This document shows, in pieces, positions 56,978 to 64,000 of a stretch of 64,000 bases of DNA. Source of the stretch: Candidatus Aegiribacteria sp. (GTDB lineage Bacteria > Fermentibacterota > Fermentibacteria > Fermentibacterales > JCC-6); assembly GCA_030600545.1 (NCBI GenBank), contig JAUVLV010000003.1, positions 12,186 through 76,185 on the forward strand, written 5' to 3'. A program made the translations under genes and the position numbers. The notes under the pieces are model-generated. The model was not told the DNA's origin and searched no databases. It saw only the letters and a list, made by a program, of their open reading frames with translations. Position 1 is the stretch's first letter. Each line of letters begins with the position of its first letter.

Positions 56978-58906
56978 TCACCTCCTCTGTATTTGCCGTG
57001 ACGAGGAATCAGCAAATTCGGTAAAAATTGTGTTTCTCACTACTTCCAGCACTTCTCTGCCGCCCGGCATCCCCTTGAACCTGTCCTTTATGCGCCCTAT
57101 GAGAAAGCGTTCCATAAGACCGGTGTCGAAAGGATCAAGTATTTCCATTATTCTGACGGCCGTGTCTTCTATATCTTTTCTGTCGGGTATCGTTAAATCA
57201 GTTATAACCGATTCGATTTCCGCATTCCCGTTTCCGCAGGTTTTCTCCAGAATATAGGCTGCGGCTTCAACGGGAAGATTGCGCCTGCTGGCCGCTGACA
57301 GTACTTCGATAAGTGTTTCATCAGGGATCTCACTTACATTGCCGCTGTTCTTCAGATGGTTTAGTGTGCTAAGAAAAAAATGCATGAGAATGCGTGGAGA
57401 GTACAGGCATTTCTTCACAGCCTCATCGTATACGAATCTCATGTAAGAAATACTCATCTGACGGGCAGATTCTGCAGGTACTCCCACAGTTATATATCTC
57501 TCCATCCGTTCCCAGGGTCTTTCGGGAAGGTCCGATTCGATACGTTCGATCATTTTTTCGGTTATGGCTATTGGCTGCAGGTCGGTATCAGGATACATCC
57601 TGTTTGGTCCGGGCAGAATTCTTTCGAATCCGTTTGTTCCATCAGAATATGATTGTCTTGTTTCACTGCAGACGCCGTAGATAGCTTCCCTTGCTCTTGT
57701 TGCGATTTCACCCGTCGCCATATCGAGGTCTTCTACCGATCCCCATACGACAACGACGGCATCACCCGTTTCAGCACCAGTTTTCTTTTTTACTGTCTCC
57801 CATTCGCTAACCGAGAAACTGTATCCTTCCTCTCCATCGTTTACGATATTGGGAAGGGTATCAAGACATGCAATAACGCGGACTCTGTCGGAGATCTCCC
57901 CGGCGAAAGTACAGCCGGGCTGTGTAACTGTAGAAAGCAATCCTACGTATCCCCGCAGTAGAACAGCTCTAAGCTCAAAGCCCTTCTTCAGAGCGGCTGC
58001 AGCAGGGCTGTAGACAGTTCCTGAGAGTTCATCGGTAACATCAAAACATTCGGAACTGAACGTTGAATCCGTAATACCCCTTCTGGACAGTTCTTTTTTG
58101 ATCTCCAGAAGAAACACCTGGCGGAAAGCCTCGTTGTGAACAAGCAGCGGTATCGCTGGAATCCTTGAAACACCCTTAATCTCAACGCGGCATCCCCCCG
58201 TTACAGAAACGTTCACATCCTGCCTTGCGGCGCCAATTCCACGTCTTACTTTACCAGAAGCTCTAACAAGATCGCTTAGTATCCGGGCAACCTCAGCCAC
58301 ATCGCGTGGAGTAGTCATTTCCGGAGCCGTTACAGTCTCAATAAGCGGTATTCCAAGCCTGTCCGTCAGGTAGACGCGTTCATGGCCTGTATCGCTTACT
58401 TCCCGGCAGGCATCTTCTTCCAGTCCAAGCTGAATAATATTTATACGCCTGTTTTTAAATGGGATCCAGCCGTCAACTCCCAGTATTGTCGTTCTCTGAA
58501 AACCTGCAGGTATTGATCCATCGAGGTACTGCTTCCTCTGAATATGAATCTCACTAACGAGTTTGCAGTTAAGAAGCATCGTTATCTCAAGTGCGATATC
58601 AAGAGCCTGTGGATTCAATTCGAAGGGAGGAGTATCATCGATTTCGTAAGTACAAATGGTATCTTTGTTTATCTGGTATGTGATGTTCTTTTTAGTTTTG
58701 AACTCCATAAGAGCTGTGCCGTCGTATTCACCGAGTTCTGAAAGAGTAGGTCTCATATGACGAAGTATCTGTGCATCGTATTCGTCAGAGTAAGGAAGTA
58801 CCGGGCAGCGACAGAACAATTTTTTCCTGGTATCGATCTGCTGGTGTATCTCAAGTCCGCTGCGCAGTCCGATAGCTTCGTAATCGGAGGTTGTCATCTC
58901 CTCCAT
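56978..58906 (-). CDS. gatE: Glutamyl-tRNA(Gln) amidotransferase subunit E (archaeal-type)
   Basis: YEAIGLRSGLEIHQQIDTRKKLFCRC, RPTLSELG, ICTYEIDDTPPFELNPQALDIA, DRLGIPLIETVTAP and RQDVNVSVTGGCRVEIKGV match GatE (GatB-like catalytic core plus insertion). The ~640-aa size fits GatE, not the ~480-aa bacterial GatB. Confidence 0.75.
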   Translation of the reverse strand: MEEMTTSDYEAIGLRSGLEIHQQIDTRKKLFCRCPVLPYSDEYDAQILRHMRPTLSELGEYDGTALMEFKTKKNITYQINKDTICTYEIDDTPPFELNPQALDIALEITMLLNCKLVSEIHIQRKQYLDGSIPAGFQRTTILGVDGWIPFKNRRINIIQLGLEEDACREVSDTGHERVYLTDRLGIPLIETVTAPEMTTPRDVAEVARILSDLVRASGKVRRGIGAARQDVNVSVTGGCRVEIKGVSRIPAIPLLVHNEAFRQVFLLEIKKELSRRGITDSTFSSECFDVTDELSGTVYSPAAAALKKGFELRAVLLRGYVGLLSTVTQPGCTFAGEISDRVRVIACLDTLPNIVNDGEEGYSFSVSEWETVKKKTGAETGDAVVVVWGSVEDLDMATGEIATRAREAIYGVCSETRQSYSDGTNGFERILPGPNRMYPDTDLQPIAITEKMIERIESDLPERPWERMERYITVGVPAESARQMSISYMRFVYDEAVKKCLYSPRILMHFFLSTLNHLKNSGNVSEIPDETLIEVLSAASRRNLPVEAAAYILEKTCGNGNAEIESVITDLTIPDRKDIEDTAVRIMEILDPFDTGLMERFLIGRIKDRFKGMPGGREVLEVVRNTIFTEFADSSSRQIQRR

Positions 58907-59184
58907 TCTTTTTATCAAGTTGAGACAACTCTCCTTCCAGTATACTTTATTCATACTCAGTTTCCAGAGATTCATTGAGTATAAAGTGAGATCAGATTTC
59001 GCAAGAACAGCGTTTAATTATATTTCATGGGATTCCACAAAACAACGGTTACTGCCTGGCCGCCTCCACGAGAATCCGTCTGACCGACTTGTTACCGCAT
59101 CGGGTGATACTGCCGCGCATCAGATAATCAGAAAAATCCCTTTTATCCGCTGTTAGGCGAAGGTGAAACATTGTTACCTTACTT

Positions 59185-59877
59185 CTATTTCATCAGGATC
59201 AGTTTCTTTGTTGCCCGATAATTACCTATGTTCAGTCGATAGAAGTAAATACCTGAATTAATTTCTTTCGAATTCCAGACAACTTCATAATCACCAGCAA
59301 CCTTGTAATCATTAACAAGAGTTTCAACCAATTGACCACTTATGTTATAAATTTGTATTTCCACATTACATGTTCTAGATATAGAATAACTGATTGTAGT
59401 TGCCGAGCTGAATGGGTTTGGATAATTTTGATATAATCTAAAAGAATTTGTTGTAACATCAGAATAATCCTCTTCAATTCCGGTCATGTGTTCAAAGTAA
59501 AAAGCTCCCATATCAGCAACTGTGCTATCAGGGTCAAGGGAAGAAGCAGGATCACCTGCATCTATACAAGGCGATTTTGTGCTATCAGGTACTGGGAAAT
59601 TAGCCCAAGTTAGATAAAAATCACCGATTACAGGATCTACAAATAGTGGATCTTCATCAATACAACCTGTACCGAACCAAGGCTGGCCTGTTCCTCCTTC
59701 TATATCTGAATAGCTGGCTGTCAATGTTTGAGCCCCTGAATATGCTATAGTTGGAGGGGTATCATGCCAGAGGATATCATTAAACACATTTGCCTGAGCT
59801 CCGCTCTGGTCAAAATAGAAGTAGATTCCTCCGCCTTCAGAAGCTGAATTGCTATAGAATGTATTGTTAAATATATT
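59185..59877 (-). CDS. C-terminal part of a secreted protein carrying a T9SS C-terminal sorting domain (same frame as the upstream beta-helix ORF)
   Basis: The last ~80 aa (YPNPFSSATTISYSISRTCNVEIQIYNISGQLVETL...GIYFYRL) match the Por secretion C-terminal domain. Confidence 0.6.
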   Translation of the reverse strand, partial: NIFNNTFYSNSASEGGGIYFYFDQSGAQANVFNDILWHDTPPTIAYSGAQTLTASYSDIEGGTGQPWFGTGCIDEDPLFVDPVIGDFYLTWANFPVPDSTKSPCIDAGDPASSLDPDSTVADMGAFYFEHMTGIEEDYSDVTTNSFRLYQNYPNPFSSATTISYSISRTCNVEIQIYNISGQLVETLVNDYKVAGDYEVVWNSKEINSGIYFYRLNIGNYRATKKLILMK

Positions 59878-60651
59878 TTAATTTCCTGTTGTAGTTGATA
59901 TACATAATCCGCCTCCAGATTCAGCAGAGGATTCGTTTTCATTAAAAACATTATGGTCTATTGTTGCAGTTCCATTATCAAGAAATATATTTGCACCACC
60001 TCCAGTTTGGACTGAAGTATTTATAGTAAATCTATTGTTCTGAATATTCAGTGTACCTCCGCCATGTTCTATCCACAAACCTCCTCCTTGCCATACTGAG
60101 CTATTCCCAATATAAGTATTATCCAATAAATCTATCGTGCCCGATGTAATTTGTATGTAGGTTCCTCCTCCACTACCAGCCACTACTGATGAATTCCCTG
60201 TTAAAGTGTTGTGTCTGTACTCTACTATAGCATTACCAGCAGGGCACCTGATCCAGCAACCACCTCCAAATTCATCTGCTATATTATCGTTGAAAGTACT
60301 GTTTTCAACTACAACGGTAGAACCATCGCCCATTGGATAGAGCATTGCTCCTGCACCATCCCTTTCTGCTGTATTTTCAATAAAAGTACATTCTATAACT
60401 CTTATCTCGGTCCCTGCTCCTTCTGTCTGGACAAACAAGCCTCCTGCAGTACCATAAGGGTACCCCGATGAATTTGGGGATGAATTTCTTCTGAACATAC
60501 AGTTATTAATTGTGATATTTCCTGTTATTGAATATATGTTTACACCACCACAAACATAACCTGCTGTGTTGTCATCAATGGTACAGTTATTAAGACTTAT
60601 ATCCGCATCTTGTGTCTCTATATATAATCCTCTCTCCATAGTCTGCTTCAA
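59878..60651 (-). CDS. Right-handed parallel beta-helix repeat protein (N-terminal part, ends at an in-frame TAA)
   Basis: Repeated ~22-aa N-x-x-x-N/GGG motifs (NNCTIDDN, NITINNCMF, VIECTFIENTA, VVENSTFNDN, IQNNRFTINTS). There is no signal peptide at the annotated start, so the gene is probably 5'-truncated or frameshifted upstream. Confidence 0.5.
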   Translation of the reverse strand: MKQTMERGLYIETQDADISLNNCTIDDNTAGYVCGGVNIYSITGNITINNCMFRRNSSPNSSGYPYGTAGGLFVQTEGAGTEIRVIECTFIENTAERDGAGAMLYPMGDGSTVVVENSTFNDNIADEFGGGCWIRCPAGNAIVEYRHNTLTGNSSVVAGSGGGTYIQITSGTIDLLDNTYIGNSSVWQGGGLWIEHGGGTLNIQNNRFTINTSVQTGGGANIFLDNGTATIDHNVFNENESSAESGGGLCISTTTGN

Positions 60652-61117
60652 TATATATCTGTTATCACTAGTGTCCCATTATAAGTCAAAGAGTGACAAC
60701 TGGTTAAAAATTTTATTGTCTTCTAACTGTAATCCATTATCCTTAATATGTAGAGAATCGTCTCAACCACAGGCCGAGAAAGAAGCTTGGCTTCAAAACA
60801 CCCTATGAAGTATTCTTCAACACAACTGAATTAACTGTTGCACTTAGAACTTGAATCCGGGTCATTTCTTATGTCGAAAAGAAAAAATGAAAGCACCAAA
60901 TGTCAAAATTCAAGATACGACCCCAAATATGCTGAATCTCACTTGACCGAAAATTAATTTAAGCCTATATAATAAAATATTGTGTTCGAGTTGGTGGAAT
61001 CTCTGGGAGATTTTTTGAAATGGATTGTTTGCTCAAGGAGGTGATAGCGAATTCAATAACTGAGCTATATCGATGAGTATGTGGTTATAAAACAAGTTAC
61101 ACCTGAGGAGGTTTGTT

Positions 61118-61867
61118 ATGACTAAGTTTGTGTACATGATCATTGCAGCATTCATGCTGGCTTGCCTGAGCTGCGGCGACGGAGGAACCGGTCCTGCAGA
61201 TACTACTTTGACAGTCTCCGGAACTCTCACTTGTTCCCTTGCAGCAGACGGAGTACCTGCTTACGGTTCAATCGTGACTGGTGATCCTGACAGTATCATG
61301 ACCAGTGTTTATCCTATTACTGTTGCTCCATTTGCAGGAGGAGTGTCAAGCTATTCGGTCAGCGACGTTGAGGAGGGCTCGTACTATCTCGGCGTCTTCA
61401 TCGATATGAACGAGAATTACGATCCGGAGGACTCAACTGCGGGACCCGATGACGGTGATTTGCTTGCCTTACTGCCGCTGGTCGTGAACGGGAACGAGGT
61501 ATTGAACGTTCTCGAAGATGACTGGGATATGTGTGGCGGAGGCGGTAACATATGCGTTTCGGGAAACCTGAACAAAAACGGCGTGGCTGACGGGATTTCA
61601 GGCTATGCAGGTCTCCTTGACAGCAATTTCACCTTCCAGTACATGTCTGTAACCGCATTTGACGGAGGATCGACACACTACAATATCTACGATGTCGAAG
61701 AAGATTCATACCTGTTTGGTGCCTTCATCGATATAAATGGCAACGCCAACACCGAAGATCCGGAACCAGATGAGGGCGACTGGCTCATTGATCCGTATTC
61801 TGTATGGATCGACCAGAATACGGAAATTGATGTCAACGAAGCAGACTGGAGCCTGTACCATAATTAA
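61118..61867 (+). CDS. Acidic lipoprotein with an internal tandem duplication (two ~90-aa repeats)
   Basis: Lipobox LACLSCG, and a GAGGAGG ribosome-binding site 7 nt upstream. Repeat 1 is YSVSDVEEGSYYLGVFIDMNENYDPEDS...DDGDLL...NEVLNVLEDDWDM. Repeat 2 is YNIYDVEEDSYLFGAFIDINGNANTEDPEPDEGDWL...NTEIDVNEADWSLY. Confidence 0.6.
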   Translation: MTKFVYMIIAAFMLACLSCGDGGTGPADTTLTVSGTLTCSLAADGVPAYGSIVTGDPDSIMTSVYPITVAPFAGGVSSYSVSDVEEGSYYLGVFIDMNENYDPEDSTAGPDDGDLLALLPLVVNGNEVLNVLEDDWDMCGGGGNICVSGNLNKNGVADGISGYAGLLDSNFTFQYMSVTAFDGGSTHYNIYDVEEDSYLFGAFIDINGNANTEDPEPDEGDWLIDPYSVWIDQNTEIDVNEADWSLYHN

Positions 61868-61919
61868 TAGCATCTAGCGTGAGTTTCCTATGAAATAGAA
61901 AATACCAGACAGATTGGAT

Positions 61920-61969
61920 GCCGTAACCCGCATGAATTGAGGCAGTTACGGCATCTCTTTTTGCTTTTG
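61920..61969 (+). terminator. Rho-independent terminator
   Basis: GCCGTAAC...GTTACGGC is an 8-bp stem, followed by ATCTCTTTTTGCTTTTG, 52 nt after the lipoprotein stop. It sits in a convergent intergenic region. Confidence 0.5.
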
Positions 61970-62017
61970 TGATGTGCGATGTTATCCGTGCTATCCATTG
62001 CAGGGGATCCGGCACCT

Positions 62018-63289
62018 TTAAATATTCAGCTCCTTCAGTCTTGAAAGCAGTGTTCTGTAACTTACTTTAAGCATTTCAGCAGCCTTCTTTCTGTTGCCTC
62101 CGGAATCTTTAAGGGCTTTTTTTATCATCTCGCCTTCTCGAATTCTGGCTGCCCTTGCTGATTCTTTCAGAAGTCCTTCGGAAGAAACAGGGTCATCGAT
62201 CTCCAGTATTTCTGAATCTATGATTTTATCATCAACCAGTGCTGCGGCTCTCAGTACTATACTCCTGAGCTGTCTTACGTTTCCCGGCCAGCGGTACGCT
62301 TTCAGTTTGTTCATCGCCTCTTCGGTAACGGTTACTCCACGGTAACCGGATAGCCTGAGAAAGTACGCTGTAAGATCGGGTATGTCCTCCGTTCTTTCTC
62401 TCAGTGGTGAGAGTGTAACGGGGAACTCCCCTATTCTGAAATAAAGATCCTTCCTGAATCTTCCTTCTTCGGTTTCCGTTTTGAGTTCTCTGTTACTTGC
62501 CGAGATAACCCTTGCGTTGGTATGGAATAATTCCGTACCTCCCACTCTTGTATACTCCCTTTCCTGAAGTACCCTGAGAAGTTTTCCCTGCAGTGAAGTG
62601 TCAAGATCTCCAACCTCATCGAGAAAGATGGTTCCTCCCTGAGCGTACTCGAATCTTCCCTTGCGTGTTCTGTCCGAACCGGTGTACGCACCCTTTTCGG
62701 CACCGAAGAGTTCACTTTCAAGAAGATCAGCCGGTATAGCGGCGCAGTTGACAGGTACAAAAGGACCTTCGAAACAGGTACTTTCACTGTGGATCATTCT
62801 TGCCAGAAGTTCCTTACCTGTCCCGCTTTCGCCCAGCACAAGGATGTTCAGATCGGTGCCGGCACCTTTTGATGCCCTACCGATCGTAGAAAGAAGAGAT
62901 GGTGAGGATCCTACGATATCGGTACCGGCCGTGTGCGAATACTTTCTTACAAGTGCGAGAAGTTCATCCAGATCAAAGGGTTTTGTTATAAAATCCCTTG
63001 CACCTTCCTTCATTGCCTCAACTGCAAGATTTACAGTGCCAAAGGCTGTCATTAGAAGAACGGGTGTCCAGTGGCTGAATTCCCTGGATTTTCTTAGAAT
63101 ATCCATTCCGTCGATGTTTCCTGGAAGACAAATATCACTCAGCAGAATATCAAAACCGCCAGTCTCGAGCTTCTTCAGGGCATCAGTTCCGGAAGATACC
63201 GCTGTAACTTCCCATCCATCTTCCCGAAGAGCCGTTGTGAGCATGTTTCGCATGGCTCGTTTGTCCTCTATTAGAAGAATTCTTTCGAT
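62018..63289 (-). CDS. Sigma-54-dependent response regulator (NtrC/Fis family: REC-AAA+-HTH)
   Basis: REC (DILLSDICLPG), AAA+ with Walker A GESGTGKELLAR and the GAFTGA-variant ELFGAEKGAYTG, and a C-terminal Fis-type HTH. The REC beta1 strand (ERILLIEDKRA) is encoded upstream of the first ATG (63253), so translation probably starts at an in-frame ATC (63287-63289) that has a GGGAGG ribosome-binding site 8 nt upstream. Confidence 0.75.
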   Translation of the reverse strand: MERILLIEDKRAMRNMLTTALREDGWEVTAVSSGTDALKKLETGGFDILLSDICLPGNIDGMDILRKSREFSHWTPVLLMTAFGTVNLAVEAMKEGARDFITKPFDLDELLALVRKYSHTAGTDIVGSSPSLLSTIGRASKGAGTDLNILVLGESGTGKELLARMIHSESTCFEGPFVPVNCAAIPADLLESELFGAEKGAYTGSDRTRKGRFEYAQGGTIFLDEVGDLDTSLQGKLLRVLQEREYTRVGGTELFHTNARVISASNRELKTETEEGRFRKDLYFRIGEFPVTLSPLRERTEDIPDLTAYFLRLSGYRGVTVTEEAMNKLKAYRWPGNVRQLRSIVLRAAALVDDKIIDSEILEIDDPVSSEGLLKESARAARIREGEMIKKALKDSGGNRKKAAEMLKVSYRTLLSRLKELNI

Positions 63290-63290
63290 A

Positions 63291-64000
63291 TCAATAACCT
63301 CCCTGGTTTTCCTGAATAGGAATCAGAATGGTAAATAGAGCTCCTCCTTCATCTCTGTTCTCACCGCTCAGTTCGCCGCCCATAGACCTGATTATTCTCC
63401 TGCTGACGGAAAGACCCAGCCCCATATTGCCACTGCTTCTGTTCTTGGTTGTCCTGAAGGGCCTGAAAGCTTCCTCGCCATCAATGGATAAACCGGGACC
63501 AGAGTCCGCGACTGATATTAAAAGATTTGCGTCTTTCCTGTTTATTGAGATCTCAACTGAAGAAGATGTGTCAGCTTCAACAGCGTTCCTTACGATATTG
63601 CTAATGCAGGATGACAGGAGTTTCCTGTCAGCGTTTATGGAAAATTCGTTAATAGAAGTATCTACCAAACATCTACCTTCGCACAAACTGCAGGCTTCTT
63701 CGCATATTGAGATGATATCATCCCTGCCAAGATTAGCTGTAACCGGTTCCGGTGACCTGGCGAAACTTCCGAATGAGTTGATAAGATCCTGTGCTGAATC
63801 GACTTCTCTTTTTACTTCGGAGATAATATTCTGTGTTCTTTCATCCGAATGCCCTCTGGTCAGTAAATCAACAAAACCTGATAGAGCACAAAGCGTATTT
63901 CCCATTTCATGCGATATACCTGCAGATGCCGCTCCTATGTCTGCCATTGCCGATTGATCGGCTATTCTCCTTTCCAGTTCACTTATTCTGGTGACATCGG
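63291..64000 (-). CDS. Sensor histidine kinase (NtrB-like), partial; the 5' end is beyond the window
   Basis: H-box ISHEMGNTL and the HATPase_c G-boxes (DSGPGL, GNMGLGLSVS) are present. The frame stays open to position 64000. Its stop overlaps the response-regulator start region. Confidence 0.7.
   Translation of the reverse strand, partial: DVTRISELERRIADQSAMADIGAASAGISHEMGNTLCALSGFVDLLTRGHSDERTQNIISEVKREVDSAQDLINSFGSFARSPEPVTANLGRDDIISICEEACSLCEGRCLVDTSINEFSINADRKLLSSCISNIVRNAVEADTSSSVEISINRKDANLLISVADSGPGLSIDGEEAFRPFRTTKNRSSGNMGLGLSVSRRIIRSMGGELSGENRDEGGALFTILIPIQENQGGY

Noticed and set aside
60980-61040. Candidate sigma-54 promoter (TGGattgtTTGCt) upstream of the repeat lipoprotein
   Set aside because: The spacing between the GG and GC elements is 3 nt too short for the -24/-12 consensus (TGGCAC-N5-TTGCW), so it is likely a chance match.
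1-64000. CRISPR arrays, IS elements, prophage, rRNA or other structured repeats
   Set aside because: No direct-repeat/spacer periodicity, transposase motifs (DDE or HUH), terminal inverted repeats, or rRNA-like conserved stretches were seen on either strand.

Overview
This 64-kb window looks like chromosomal DNA from a diderm (LPS-making) bacterium, probably a member or relative of the Fibrobacteres-Chlorobi-Bacteroidetes group. The evidence for that placement is a C-terminal sorting domain of the type IX secretion system (T9SS), a PorV/FadL-like outer-membrane protein, and the lipid A/Kdo genes lpxB, kdtA and lpxK. I found no insertion sequences, phage genes, CRISPR arrays or rRNA genes. About 85% of the coding is on the minus strand, in long operons whose genes overlap by a few bases.

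Recognisable content, left to right:
- Housekeeping genes: surE, lipM-like/lipA, dus, dapF, hslVU, xerD-like, topA, polA and tatA.
- One long operon, ddl-ltaE-gfo-lpxB-(DUF374::kdtA)-lpxK-nadB-nlpC/P60-hyp, followed by a sugar epimerase and gmhB.
- A hybrid sensor kinase with a divergently transcribed stand-alone receiver, a ComEC-family membrane protein, a SpoU-class methyltransferase, two GT9-like genes and a CDP-alcohol phosphatidyltransferase.
- tRNA-Gly(CCC).
- Three very large polytopic membrane proteins with TPR or DUF2723 features, resembling GT-C glycosyltransferases.
- Two paralogous MglA-family Ras-like GTPases in different neighbourhoods.
- A glycan cluster of GT4, GT4 and an NDP-sugar pyrophosphorylase.
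- The regulatory PTS block hpf-hprK-ptsH-ptsI with no EII permease.
- A NtrB/NtrC-like sigma-54 two-component pair at the right edge.

The most unusual item is an archaeal-type GatD/GatE Glu-tRNA(Gln) amidotransferase pair in this bacterial context. Two further items are the two MglA-family GTPase modules that have no adjacent MglB partner (one of them translationally coupled to tatA and to a zinc-ribbon membrane protein) and the DUF374::KdtA fusion.

There are also possible sequence or assembly lesions: an in-frame TAA inside a beta-helix T9SS substrate gene, a multi-frame coding remnant at 10.4-10.8 kb, and a response-regulator gene whose N-terminus implies a non-ATG start.
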